Virus record (IMG/VR): IMGVR_UViG_3300030330_002882
Coordinates: 1-49,932 of that record
Direction: 5' to 3' (one strand)
Source: a virus
Lineage: Duplodnaviria > Caudoviricetes
DNA length: 49,932 bases
This document shows positions 32,467-43,800 of the stretch, one piece after another; the stretch's first letter is position 1; every line of letters begins with the position of its first letter. A program made the position numbers and the translations under genes. The notes under the pieces are model-generated. The model did not search any database. It had not been told where the DNA came from and worked only from the letters and a program-made list of their open reading frames with translations.

Positions 32467-34835
32467 TGGCTTTCCCTGAGTACAAGGGCAGGACTGTTGG
32501 TTTTGCCAAGATTATGGCTGAGCTTCCTATATCTGACGGGAAGCTGGCACATGAAATCATTAACTTTCATGGAACCTCAGACGGTTCTCTTGATAGCAGG
32601 TTTGCCATTATGCCCCTCGTTCCAGACCAATGGAACACTGAGGGCAAAGACTTCCTGATTGAGTTTCAGCCGCCAGAGCTTAGTGAAGTTTTGGCAATGC
32701 AATACATGAAGTTTGATGGAGAGTGCCCAGAGCTTTTGATATTAACAAGCAATGGGGTGTATCGTTTTCTTCCACCAAACAGGACCGGTCGAATCCCATT
32801 CGGATCTATTGAAACAGATGTATCTTCATCAAATGGTTTAGTTGAACAGTTTTACTATGACAACTCAAACCTTAAACGAAGCGTAAAGCCTCAAACAAAA
32901 GTAATGTTTCCACCTCAAACAGAGGTTGTTGGAAATAGAATCTACTTTACATTCTGTGACGGTGGTGCTGCTTTTGTTTGGGATGGAACTAGAATCAGGG
33001 AGTTTGGATACTCTCAAAGCCCTTCCAATCCTTATGTTCTTGGTCCCGCCACTGAAGACGGAGCAGATAACAAAAACACAGGTGGATTCTCAGATTCTGG
33101 TAGAATCGGAACACTAAACTACAATCTATCAACGACCAATGGCAAAGGAGATGTAGTAACAAGTGGTGGAATAGAGTCTGGCTTATATTACTACGCTGTA
33201 GTTTATGAAAACGAAGATGGTGCTTACTCAGTAACTTCTGAAAAAAGTAATAGAGTAAACATAAACTTTATGGTTCCACCAGCAGGATCACTAGCTGCAA
33301 AGTTTGGTTTGCAGTTTCTAAAGAGACGTTTTTGGATTTGTGATGTTCCAAAAGGACCAGTAGGGACTGTAGCTAGAGTATTAATAAGAACTATGAACTT
33401 GGCATCACTACCTCCGGGTGATGTTGGTAGGCTTCGTTTCTTACATAGGATTCCAAACAACTCTGCTACTGAATACATGGACGACATTCCAGACTCTGAA
33501 CTTGGTTCAGAATGGGATCACAGAAGGAGCGTGCCGATCGGTTTCTTCTTTATGAAGTTCTTTAGTGGCTCGATGTTTGTCATGAGGACAGAACAATATC
33601 CAGCAAGGGTCTGGTGGAGTGAGCAGGGTACAACCACTGGGTCAATACCAGAAAGCTTTCTACACAGCCACTGGCGCGATGTATTTCCTGAAACTGGGGG
33701 TATCACAGGAGCACTGTCTACAAGCTTCAATGGAAAGCAGGCAATGCTGGTATTTAAAGAATCTGCCACACATTATATTGCAGGATCTTATGCTCAGCCG
33801 GGAACAGAGGGGTGGACGTTTGGAACCATTAGCACTATCGCTGGTTGTTCCGGGCCAAACCTTTCTCAATCGTCTCCAGACGGTCAGGTAGTTTGGTACG
33901 GAAACGGTACGTTCTGGATGCTAAACCCTGAAGAGGGTGGTGGAGTTATTGATATCGGGGCAACTATTAGGTCTCGGTTATCAAAAGTAAATAACGAAGC
34001 AGAGCGATTTGGTGTTTCTTGGGTAAACAAAACCAATAAAGAAATGGTATTTTGCCTTCCATATAAAGACTCATCAAAGCCAGACTTACAGTTTGTTTGG
34101 GACTACATCAATAGAGGATGGAGGCTCAGGCAAGACTTAGTAATGAATGCAGTAGAGCAGATTGGTGACCTCAACTTGGTTGCTGGGTCTTGGAGGGGAA
34201 TCACTGGTCTTAGGGGTGATGGTCGAGTTGAAACACCAACAACACTTTCTCCTACGAGCGCAGACATTCCACCTATTGACGAAAGCACAATAGATACTCT
34301 TCCAACAAACACTATCTATGTGTACGGAAATGGGTACGCCAACTACAACCCCGGATCAGAACTCATTGCCACCTATAAAACAGGGTGGAGTAACTTTGAG
34401 GATTTTGGTCCCGGCTTCCATATATCTCAGAGGGCAGCAGACTCTGTATTTACAATGGTAGAGCGATGCTCAAGGATTGCTACTGTAAGAACTTTTGCTG
34501 ATTGGGATTACGATTCACCATTAGCAAATGATTTAGAGATCTCTTTGGTTCATCCAGAAAACAATGGCATTGATGTATATGGTGGTAGCCAGCCACACCT
34601 TGAGTCAGAAACAGAAAACACAGAGGTTGGATCATATGGTTCAGACTCTTCTGTTTATAGAAAGAGTAGGACATATACACATAGGCTAGCTGTAGACGTT
34701 CCTTCATGCACAGTGTTCAGTTTAGAGCTATCTGCTTCTTCTATATCTGAGCCTATGTCAATCTTAAGCATTGATGCATATGGACCACAAACCTCAACTG
34801 CCGGGTCTAGAAGTCCTGCATTGTACGAGAAATAG
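32466..34835 (+). CDS. Tail nozzle/stabilisation protein (P22 gp10/T7 gp12-like)
   Basis: 789 aa, beta-rich; NRIYF, RVWWSE, ITGA...MLVFKES, IAGC, FVWDY...W motifs. Confidence 0.75.
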   Translation: MAFPEYKGRTVGFAKIMAELPISDGKLAHEIINFHGTSDGSLDSRFAIMPLVPDQWNTEGKDFLIEFQPPELSEVLAMQYMKFDGECPELLILTSNGVYRFLPPNRTGRIPFGSIETDVSSSNGLVEQFYYDNSNLKRSVKPQTKVMFPPQTEVVGNRIYFTFCDGGAAFVWDGTRIREFGYSQSPSNPYVLGPATEDGADNKNTGGFSDSGRIGTLNYNLSTTNGKGDVVTSGGIESGLYYYAVVYENEDGAYSVTSEKSNRVNINFMVPPAGSLAAKFGLQFLKRRFWICDVPKGPVGTVARVLIRTMNLASLPPGDVGRLRFLHRIPNNSATEYMDDIPDSELGSEWDHRRSVPIGFFFMKFFSGSMFVMRTEQYPARVWWSEQGTTTGSIPESFLHSHWRDVFPETGGITGALSTSFNGKQAMLVFKESATHYIAGSYAQPGTEGWTFGTISTIAGCSGPNLSQSSPDGQVVWYGNGTFWMLNPEEGGGVIDIGATIRSRLSKVNNEAERFGVSWVNKTNKEMVFCLPYKDSSKPDLQFVWDYINRGWRLRQDLVMNAVEQIGDLNLVAGSWRGITGLRGDGRVETPTTLSPTSADIPPIDESTIDTLPTNTIYVYGNGYANYNPGSELIATYKTGWSNFEDFGPGFHISQRAADSVFTMVERCSRIATVRTFADWDYDSPLANDLEISLVHPENNGIDVYGGSQPHLESETENTEVGSYGSDSSVYRKSRTYTHRLAVDVPSCTVFSLELSASSISEPMSILSIDAYGPQTSTAGSRSPALYEK

Positions 34836-35759
34836 ATGCCTATTTTTAAACCAAAAGGAAACTTTCAGGGCGATGTCATAGACCCAGAAAAACTCTCACA
34901 AGAATGGGTATCTGCAAAGCAGATCGTTGATAACGCCACATCTTGGCAGTTCTTATCTCAAGAACAGTCTGGAATGGACTACTCAAACTTAGCCAAAAAG
35001 GGTGCCGGTGTAAGCGTTCTACAAAAACAAATACATAGCTATATCGGAGCAGGAAGAGGTAACAGAGACGGACCCTTTTTAAAGTATGAAAACGCAAGCG
35101 CTGTAGAAGGGTACAAGCCATGGAAGATACCTTACCTAAAGGGCTTCCAAGAGGTCTGGGATGGAGACTTGCGCCTAAGCTGGACTGCCACATCCCCAGA
35201 GTTGGTTCTTATTGGATACTCTACTTGGGCATATCGACTTAGTTCTGAAAGCGAAAACACTAATAATATTATTGGAGAAAGTGCTCTTGAGGCTGGAGAG
35301 TCTGGAGGATTTGGTCTAACAACAGACGAACAGTTTGAAGAGGCGTCTGACACCCCAGCACCCGGTAGCGTTCAGTTTGTAGGGGGTGATTTTTATTCTG
35401 ACGACGTAAGAATCAGGATTAAGCTTGGCCTTAAGCTAGATGGATTTATTGTAGACGGTTCTGGACCCGGAACTAACGTAGGTACAAACGGACCAGAAAT
35501 GGTATTTGGGGCTGGTTCTAGAGAAAAGGGCATCGTTACATCAAGTCAATCTGTTCACATGATTAACGCTGGAACACACACGATTACTCCTGTGGCTGCA
35601 CAAGGACCATCAACAGAAAGAAACATTTACGAGTTTTACGATACAAAAGAAATGATGTACGGATCTTCAGGTAAAAACCAAGAGAATCTAGGTACAGCAA
35701 TTGTTAACTCTAGAGTTTATGTAATCCGCTTCCCAAGAGGGAAGATGCTTGGAGATTAG
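34836..35759 (+). CDS. Tail-associated structural protein
   Basis: 307 aa, beta-rich, follows the nozzle gene; positional call. Confidence 0.5.
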   Translation: MPIFKPKGNFQGDVIDPEKLSQEWVSAKQIVDNATSWQFLSQEQSGMDYSNLAKKGAGVSVLQKQIHSYIGAGRGNRDGPFLKYENASAVEGYKPWKIPYLKGFQEVWDGDLRLSWTATSPELVLIGYSTWAYRLSSESENTNNIIGESALEAGESGGFGLTTDEQFEEASDTPAPGSVQFVGGDFYSDDVRIRIKLGLKLDGFIVDGSGPGTNVGTNGPEMVFGAGSREKGIVTSSQSVHMINAGTHTITPVAAQGPSTERNIYEFYDTKEMMYGSSGKNQENLGTAIVNSRVYVIRFPRGKMLGD

Positions 35760-35761
35760 TA

Positions 35762-36886
35762 ATGCCCGACTACCCAGAATCTGGAGAAAAGACCTCTAGT
35801 TTAAGTATCAACAAAGTTCATGCTTCTGTAGCACAGGAAGCAAATGCAATGGACGTTGATAATGTTTCTAGAGGTGCCCTTGGTCCAGACTGCTTGAATG
35901 ATTCAGTAATCTATTGCGCTAGAAACTTTTCAATGAATGAGCGTGTTGATCACCTTCAAGGCGCAACCATTGACCAGCATATTGAGTTTCCAGAAACAGT
36001 TTATGGACCATACTGGGGTGTAACTCCACCGGGATCTGACCCTCTGATTAACGATCACTCTTCTACTTTCCATAGAGAAGAACGTCGTAGGTGGGCAAAG
36101 ATCAATACACACTGTTCTTCTAGGCAACTTGTAGATGCCGACCCGTCTACCATTACTTCAGGTCATGATACTGACGACTATCTTGGTATTGGAGACTATG
36201 CTTCTAGCAGGTCGTATAGGTCAGACTTTGGAAGCAGACTTCTAAACATTCCAAACAATGGTAATGGCTACTCTCTTTTTTATCAGACAGACATCAACAT
36301 AGCCCACTCATTGGATAACAACACTGCCATCAGTCCCTCCAAGTTTAAGAGGTGGCTTGGTGGCCACAGGTTTTGGACGGGCGTTGTATATCTTTTAAGG
36401 CCAAGCATAAAATCAGAGCGTGTTATTTGCTGGTCACCGGATCATATGGTTGGTGCTAGTGCTTGTGAGGTAACTACAGGTACTCATGCGAAAACAGGTC
36501 AACTTGGTACAGCACACTTAGGTATTACGCATTCATATACAGACGTAATCAAAGTAAACAACGACTTTATTAAAAGACTTTGTGATGCTCAAGGAATAAA
36601 CTTTGAGCTTAGAAATATGGCTTTAGATGGTACGTCTTACTTCGGTTGGATGGTTGTGGGTGGCTTGGATAGGTGGGACTACATCGTGCCGGGAGCGGCC
36701 ACAAGCGGGCTTGCTGATGCTGTTGGAGCATTTATTGATGAGGTTGGTGGTGTAGTTCTTGAGATGAGCTACGGACTTGGACAGTTAGTGCAGACAAATG
36801 GAGGCAGTACAAATATTATTGCTTTTAAAGATCCAGACTCTGGAAGTGTCTTAGAAACTACTTCAAGCTTGATACAGTATCAGTAA
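35762..36886 (+). CDS. Tail-associated structural protein
   Basis: 374 aa; positional call. Confidence 0.5.
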   Translation: MPDYPESGEKTSSLSINKVHASVAQEANAMDVDNVSRGALGPDCLNDSVIYCARNFSMNERVDHLQGATIDQHIEFPETVYGPYWGVTPPGSDPLINDHSSTFHREERRRWAKINTHCSSRQLVDADPSTITSGHDTDDYLGIGDYASSRSYRSDFGSRLLNIPNNGNGYSLFYQTDINIAHSLDNNTAISPSKFKRWLGGHRFWTGVVYLLRPSIKSERVICWSPDHMVGASACEVTTGTHAKTGQLGTAHLGITHSYTDVIKVNNDFIKRLCDAQGINFELRNMALDGTSYFGWMVVGGLDRWDYIVPGAATSGLADAVGAFIDEVGGVVLEMSYGLGQLVQTNGGSTNIIAFKDPDSGSVLETTSSLIQYQ

Positions 36887-36897
36887 AGAGGTTTCAG

Positions 36898-37791
36898 GTG
36901 CCCGAAATCAAACCAACATTCAATCCATCAACAAGCAAAGTTGATATTGAAGAAATCTACCAGCAAGCTTTATATAATCCTACATCCGCGATTAGTGACC
37001 TAGATGGTGACGTTTCTACTTTTGAAGCGCTAAACGGAGGGCTTACATTAAAAAACATTGATGAGGACGCTAATAATACCTTTAAGTCAGAGCATTTTCG
37101 TGCTGGTGCGTTTGCTCGCGGATACTTCTATGGCTTTAACTTTCCAGACAGGTATCACCCGTCTCAGTTTACACAAGACTCAGATTCTACGGAGTCTGAG
37201 TATGCTCCAGAAACACAAAGCACTAGAATCAGAGTAAGAAAAAGGTATTTGACTCCCTCTTATTCTTTATCTGCGAATGTTTTCATCCCTTGGAACTCAA
37301 TAGTTTATGTCACTTATCAAGGATTTTTTGCTGGAAACGGTGTCTTTAAACATGAGAAGGGATCTACGAGTAACTCTGATGAAAGCAGAAAGACTTATAT
37401 CGGAGACTACTACGTAAATCGTTTATACATTGATGGTACGTATCAGCCGGGAACAGAGGTTCGTTCTGTTGCATCCAGAAGATTTCAAGACCCATTACCT
37501 GTTGCTTTTGAAAGCAGGTTTCGTTGGCACCACAAAGCTAGATCCGTATTTCTAGAGAAGGGCTACCACGACTTTTCAGTATTGGTTGGTCCATCTATAA
37601 TATCAAAGCTATCTTCCGACCCATTCAGCAGTGGTACTGGAAAGCAGCAGGTTTTCTGTGGGTCAATATCAATCTTGTCGATTAAGGCTGGTAAGAAGCT
37701 TGAATCTGATGGAACACCAGAGTGGTATAATAGAGACTTTTATACTGTAGAAGATGAAGATCCAGCACCCTCAAACGCTAACAAGAGTTAA
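36898..37791 (+). CDS. Tail-associated structural protein
   Basis: 297 aa, GTG after GAGGT; ALNGGL..KNI segment; beta-rich C-terminus. Confidence 0.5.
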   Translation: MPEIKPTFNPSTSKVDIEEIYQQALYNPTSAISDLDGDVSTFEALNGGLTLKNIDEDANNTFKSEHFRAGAFARGYFYGFNFPDRYHPSQFTQDSDSTESEYAPETQSTRIRVRKRYLTPSYSLSANVFIPWNSIVYVTYQGFFAGNGVFKHEKGSTSNSDESRKTYIGDYYVNRLYIDGTYQPGTEVRSVASRRFQDPLPVAFESRFRWHHKARSVFLEKGYHDFSVLVGPSIISKLSSDPFSSGTGKQQVFCGSISILSIKAGKKLESDGTPEWYNRDFYTVEDEDPAPSNANKS

Positions 37792-37796
37792 TAAAA

Positions 37797-38480
37797 ATGG
37801 CCGAACAACCTGTAGATCTTGCAGCTAGACTTAAAGGACTAAAAGAACTTTTAGAGTCTGGAGATTTGTCTCAAGAAGAGTTTGATGCACAGCGATCTAA
37901 ACTAGTACAAACTGGTGGATCAGTAGCGGGTGCCGGTATTACTATTGGAACAGATGCTGCTCTTGCATTTACGAAGTTTATGTTGCGACAGCAAGCAATC
38001 AATCGAATGCGTGAGCAACAGGCAAGAGACTCTAAAGAGCTTACAGCGCCAACTCTCACTGATAAAGATCTTGCAACTATTAATGTGTTGTCTGACGCTG
38101 CTGTTCGAGAGGCAAAAGCATCGGGTGCAAGGACTGGTGGTGGTCTTGATGCAGAAAGGTTGCGTGCTGCTCAAGATATAGCGCTAAAGAAAGCAGCCAC
38201 ATTCCTAAGCAAGAAGCAGGCTGGAGAAATCGCTAATCGTCAGCTTCTGTCAAAAGCAATGGGTAAACGATCTGAAGCCATAGCTAGTGCTGCTGAAAAG
38301 CAGCGATCGGGTCTCGTTGATGACATTGCCACATCTTTAGGCAATGAAGAGGTTGCCCAGACATTGTTTAAGGCTGGTCAATCTAGCAGAACACCAAAGT
38401 CAAAGGGCTTTGAAGAAACTTCAAATGAGTTTGACGAGATTACAAAAGAAGAAGATAAATCGAGATTGAGGATTGGATAA
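37797..38480 (+). CDS. Internal virion/ejection protein candidate with N-terminal SHOCT-like motif
   Basis: LKGLKELLESGDLSQEEFDAQRSKL matches SHOCT; then Gly/Ala segment and Ala-rich helices. Confidence 0.55.
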   Translation: MAEQPVDLAARLKGLKELLESGDLSQEEFDAQRSKLVQTGGSVAGAGITIGTDAALAFTKFMLRQQAINRMREQQARDSKELTAPTLTDKDLATINVLSDAAVREAKASGARTGGGLDAERLRAAQDIALKKAATFLSKKQAGEIANRQLLSKAMGKRSEAIASAAEKQRSGLVDDIATSLGNEEVAQTLFKAGQSSRTPKSKGFEETSNEFDEITKEEDKSRLRIG

Positions 38481-40840
38481 TGGCTGAAATCAAGCAAGGC
38501 TCAAGAGCAAAACCATACGCTGGAATAAATGTTTTAGGTGCGTTCGCTGCTGGTGCCGGAACACCTGTTGGAACAGGGCTTCAGCCTGAAGCCGAACACA
38601 TGATTCGTATCAATATGATTAATCTTTTGTCTGACATTAGGCGTTCAGAGCTTGAGATTAATCGCCAGGGATTAACCAGCTATTCAAACATTTTATCTAG
38701 TCGTCTTGCGGCAGAAGCAAATGTAATCAGCGCATTTTCAAACATGGCTCGAAACCAGCAGATGGATCGCAGGACAACATTAGAGATGCTTGCGCTTATT
38801 AATGGCGTTCAAAAATCCGGTCGAGAGGCAAGCGGCTTGTCTGCTCCAGCAGAGACTATGGATAAAATAGCAAAAGCATCGGGAGCCTTAAGAAACTTTG
38901 GAGAGCAGGATGTTGGAGAGGGATCTATTGGAGGCCTTTTATATAGAACTAAAGACTCTACACAGGAACAGTTTAGAAAAGACGTTGCAGGCCTTCTGGA
39001 GAACGCAAGTACCACCTATTTGAATAACTTAAAACCAGACTTAGAAGCTATTTCTAACGCTAATGCTCTTCAAGGCGTTGACTCTAAAGTATTAGCTGAG
39101 CTTGAGTTAGCTACTGGTGTTGAGAATATCTTAGATGGATATATCTTGGAGGTTGAAAGGACAGCGGGTCGTGAGGATGACGCAAGATTTCTTATTGAAA
39201 ATAAAGACGCACTAGTAGCTAAGGTTGTTGCTAGGTCATATCAAAGACCTGAATATCAAATACTTAAGGCAACAGATAGAGAAAAAGCTATTGCCCAGTC
39301 TGAGCGACGAAAGAAACAGGAAGAGCTTGAAGTTTTTCGTCGTCAGGTTGAGGACTCTCAGATTGCTTTTCCTCCAGCATTAATGGATAGCCTCAACGCT
39401 GTTTATGATCAGACCGACGATATTATTGCTTTAGGTCCAGACGGGTACGCACAAAAAATCCAAAACATGCCTGCTCCCGTTGAGTTGAGCGTAGCAAGAC
39501 AACGAATCGAAAACTACATTGATGAAATAGACAACCCAACAGATCCATTATCTGCGTCTGTTGCTAGGCTTCTTGCTAAAGTTCCGTTTGTAGAAAACTA
39601 CATGGCAGCCATGGGTTTTACAAGCCCTCTTCAAACTGCTACATATCTTAAAAATAACCCTGAAGAGTTTAGGCAGTACTACCGTATTGCTAGTCGCATT
39701 GGCTCTACAGAAGACCGAGACCAGCTTAATGACCCAATGGCAATCAGGGAGCGTTTGCGTGTGGCTGGATCTTCTAATGCAGGAAGCCTGTTCCGTAGGA
39801 GGAACTTAACAAAGCCGATAGAGCGCCTTCTGGGCATCGGAGTAAACCGACGAGACCCTATGCGATACCTTAGCGGCACCAATACAGAGCAACAACTTGA
39901 GTTTGCCATTCAAGCATTAAGGACAAACCCAGAAGATTTAGATGAGTTTGTTGATGAAAAAGTTCTTGAAGAGGCACCACAACAAGAACGTGAAGACGCT
40001 GCAACTGCTGCTACTTTTGCAAGAACACTTGAGCCTAAAAAGCGTGAGCGAGTAGCGCGTGCTGCTGAACGATTCCTTTCGCGGATTACCGGAGATGAAC
40101 GAGATGGTTCTGGTGATCGTTTTGTTCTGCCGGGACTGACTACAGAAATGACTTTAGAAGAAGAGCAGTCTGTGCAGGCCCAAGAACCGCCAGCAACTAC
40201 CGAAAGGCCCCCTAGTCAGGGTAGGCGAATACGGGGATTGGGTGGCTTTGTCCGTTCTGCTAAAAGCATAGAAGAAGAAAATGAGGCCCAAAAGAAAAAA
40301 GAGGCTGCAGCAAGAATAGCAGAAGAACGAGCTAGGCTTGCTGCTGAAAGAAAAAAAGCAAAAGAAGAGGCTGAACTAGACGCTTTAGCAAAAGCTGGCT
40401 TTGAGAGCATTAAGAGGGATAGCCAAGTTAGCGAGCTTGACGCGAGAGATATTCCTGATCCGGGTGAAAGCAGTATTGATGATGAAGAAAGACTTAGGGA
40501 ATATGAAGAAAAACTTAGGCAGATAAATCAGGAAGCCCAAGACAATCTGAAGAAATCACAAGAACTTATAAGTGAAATGGAAGCAGGAAAAGAACAAAGA
40601 CGTATAAGTGAAATGGAAGAGCTTAACCGTCAAACCCCAGAACTTACGGACACCGGTGAACCTGAACTTACGGACAGGGGTGATACCGATTCTTTAGGGC
40701 CAAAAATAGAAAGATCTACTATACAAGGTGATACTGGTATCACTATTACCGCTAGCGATAGGTTTAAAGCTGCACAAGCGGGATTTGAATCATTCACTAA
40801 AGGAAGTGACGGAACGATTCGTCGAACCAAAAGGAAATAA
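38480..40840 (+). CDS. Internal virion/ejection protein candidate
   Basis: 786 aa, helical, no Cys or Trp seen, charged low-complexity C-terminus; middle gene of a small-medium-giant trio. Confidence 0.55.
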   Translation: MAEIKQGSRAKPYAGINVLGAFAAGAGTPVGTGLQPEAEHMIRINMINLLSDIRRSELEINRQGLTSYSNILSSRLAAEANVISAFSNMARNQQMDRRTTLEMLALINGVQKSGREASGLSAPAETMDKIAKASGALRNFGEQDVGEGSIGGLLYRTKDSTQEQFRKDVAGLLENASTTYLNNLKPDLEAISNANALQGVDSKVLAELELATGVENILDGYILEVERTAGREDDARFLIENKDALVAKVVARSYQRPEYQILKATDREKAIAQSERRKKQEELEVFRRQVEDSQIAFPPALMDSLNAVYDQTDDIIALGPDGYAQKIQNMPAPVELSVARQRIENYIDEIDNPTDPLSASVARLLAKVPFVENYMAAMGFTSPLQTATYLKNNPEEFRQYYRIASRIGSTEDRDQLNDPMAIRERLRVAGSSNAGSLFRRRNLTKPIERLLGIGVNRRDPMRYLSGTNTEQQLEFAIQALRTNPEDLDEFVDEKVLEEAPQQEREDAATAATFARTLEPKKRERVARAAERFLSRITGDERDGSGDRFVLPGLTTEMTLEEEQSVQAQEPPATTERPPSQGRRIRGLGGFVRSAKSIEEENEAQKKKEAAARIAEERARLAAERKKAKEEAELDALAKAGFESIKRDSQVSELDARDIPDPGESSIDDEERLREYEEKLRQINQEAQDNLKKSQELISEMEAGKEQRRISEMEELNRQTPELTDTGEPELTDRGDTDSLGPKIERSTIQGDTGITITASDRFKAAQAGFESFTKGSDGTIRRTKRK
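40567..40676 (+). repeat. Two intragenic direct-repeat pairs
   Basis: TATAAGTGAAATGGAAG x2 and GAACTTACGGACA x2 (ISEME x2, PELTD x2). Confidence 0.8.
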
Positions 40841-40842
40841 TA

Positions 40843-43800
40843 GTGGCTGAAAAAGTTCCAAATGCTCCCGCTACGGAAACTCTTCCTCAAACAGAATCAT
40901 TTTCTTTTGATGATCAAACTTTTGAGCCGGAAGAGCAAGAGGTTCAACCTTCTCAAGATGCTGTAGCAGATGATCTTGATTGGTTGTGGGATGACGACGA
41001 AGAAGACGAAGAAGATCGTTTTGATTATTCTGATTACAATCCAAAAGGCCCAAGCGAAGAAAGTTTTAAGTCTGCTTTTTCATTAGCAAAAAAAGCGGCA
41101 GACCCACTATCCGCAAAAGCTACTGTTGCTACAAACTTTAGCTCAAGAGCAACAGAAGACTTGATGAAACAAGTCGAAGAAGAAAGCGGAATAGTTGAGG
41201 TTAAGCGGCCCTTGATTGTTCCAAGAGAGGCTGGAGTAGGTCAGTCTTTACGACCATCGCAAAGTGAGGTTGATTCTGGAGCAGTTTCAAAAGATGACGA
41301 GTCATTCCTTAGTGATGTTTCTGACTATGCCGTAGATAAGGTCATTCAGTTTGGTGGAAACGTAGTACTGCCTGCTCTTGAACAGTTTGACGTACCAAGG
41401 TCAGAGCTTTGGACGGCAGCATACTATGCGGCAGACAAAGCTTTACCAGATAGCGATACTTTTTACGGAAGCGCTCTTTCTGATATCTATTCTGAATACA
41501 GTGTTTTGAGTGAAAAGTACTCACTAATGATGAACAAAAGAGATGTCTTTCAAAGCGAAGAGCAAGAAGAACAGTACTTTAAAAGTGTTTCCGATCTTTC
41601 TAAAAACATTTACAAGGCTTGGGCGGACGGTAAACTTTATGATGCAGCAAAACAAAGAGATGGCTACTTTGTAGAAAGACCAGAAATGTTTGGCTTGCTT
41701 ACTGGTGGAAACGCAAGCGGTTTCGACTACATAGACATTGCCTACCCATTAGACGTTATGCAGCGTCTGAATAAAAACAGTCCGGGGTTTAGAGGGGAAG
41801 GCGGTTTAGATAAGCTCGCGAGATCAACAAAAGAGTTTGGAGGCCCTTTCGTAGACCCTAGTGGTTCTTTAAAAGGAACATCAACTGTTGACTTGGCTAA
41901 GACACTATCAGATCCAACAACAAGAATGATGTACGGTCTAGCTTTAGAGGTAGTAGCAGATCCGCTTTGGTTTGTTGGTGTAGCAAAAAACACTATTAAA
42001 GCATCATTAAACGGTGTCACTTATAACCTTGGGCAGCAGTCATCTAGGGCCGTTCAAGTTCTAGATAATATTTCTTCTTCTTCTGGTAGAAGCGGTATGC
42101 ATGCACAAACAGTTCTTAGGGCTGTTGTTAGCACTGGAGAAGAAGCAAACAAAGCCCGTACTGTTATTAGGGAAGCTGCTGATATCGCTGAAACACAAGC
42201 CCGATATAGCTCAATACAATCATTAAAGTTTACTCGTCTTGCAGACTCAGTCGAAAGTACAGGCGATGTTGGTAAAGCAAAGCAGGTGCTTGAAAAAGAA
42301 CTTGCTGATCAAGTTGATGAGCTAGAAACTATCGCTGCAAAGTATGCAGACCCAAGCGGTGGCCAAGTAGTAAAGAAGCAGTACGAAGTTATCCTTAAAA
42401 AGGTAGAGGAAATAAAGGCTGAAATCGCTGTTTTGAGCGGAGCAGGTTCTGATGCCAAGAAGGTTGCAACTTCTTTAAGAAACTTAGCTAATAAATCTAA
42501 CGCTAACTCTGCTGTATACCGTGGAGCAGCCTCTGATCTTAGGTCGTTTGTTAATCTTGCAGAATCATCCACTCATATCAAACAAGTGGGGATTACAGAA
42601 AAAAGCCTCATACCTGTGTTTGGCACTTGGCATGTTCCATTTAAGACTCAAACAGCAACAATAGGAACAAAAAGCCAGCTACAGCCTGTCGTAAAGTCTC
42701 TAAATAAGGCTCTTCAAAGCAATGATGTTTTGGCTTCGTCAATAACAAAGACAAGCGAACTAATGCAAAAGTTTAGTGCTGATAGTGTTGCACTTAAGAT
42801 ATCTCAAAACCTATCTAGAGGTGTTGATGCTCTTGATGGTTTGTCCAAGGGACAACAGCTAGTATGGTCAATGTATAAGGCTGGAGATAAAGCTAAGACA
42901 TTTACCTATGCAGGAGCAGATTTATTAGCAAGGATACTGGGAACTAGGTATTGGCAGGCTTTAACTGCATCTAAAGCCATTTCTGCTGAAATGCAGTACT
43001 ACGGATCTCGACAAGCAATGATTATGGGTCTTCGTAACTCTGATTCTTCATTAGTCAGAATGAAAAGACTTAGGCCCGATCTTTGGGATAACTACCAAAG
43101 CAGTGTCACAAAGTACCTTAGAAGCGTTGATGGGCTGGCGGCAGACGCCACAAGAAGAATCGACATCATTTATAGGCTTGCTGGTGGCGCTGACGGTAAA
43201 GGTGGTGCTCTTGCTGAGTGGAAAGCAGCAACAAGAGACAGGGATATACCTCAACTTCAGGCAAAGATTGCATCATTAAACTCTGAAATACAAAATGCTC
43301 TCAAACAACCACAGAATGCTTCAAATGCTCAGCAGCTTCGAGCACTAGTAAAAGAGCAAAAAAAGGCACAAAACGATTTAATAAACAAACAAAAGATTTT
43401 GAGTGATGATTACGACGTAAACGCACTTATAGACGATGTTGCTGACCTTGTTGAAACAGGCGCTGGAAAGATTGATGAAATCCCTTGGTTAAAAGCAGTA
43501 GCTGAAGAGTGGAAAAAGACTCGTGCGTTCTTGGCTTCATCTTTAAAAATCGAAGAAGAGGCAGTTAATCAATCGTTATTAGCAATGGTTCGTTGGGGTA
43601 AGGGCGACAAAGTAGCCGCCGAAGCAATCGCTGAAAGAATACTTGAGATTAGGCAAGTTCTTGAAGGAAGGCTGCCACTGATAAACCAAAAAAATCTGTC
43701 AATGGATCAAATCGTTGACGCACTTAACGTACAGTTAGGTTCTACCACTAGACTATTAAACTCTGTATCTGAAAATAAGCTAGCTGAAGTTGTATATAGA

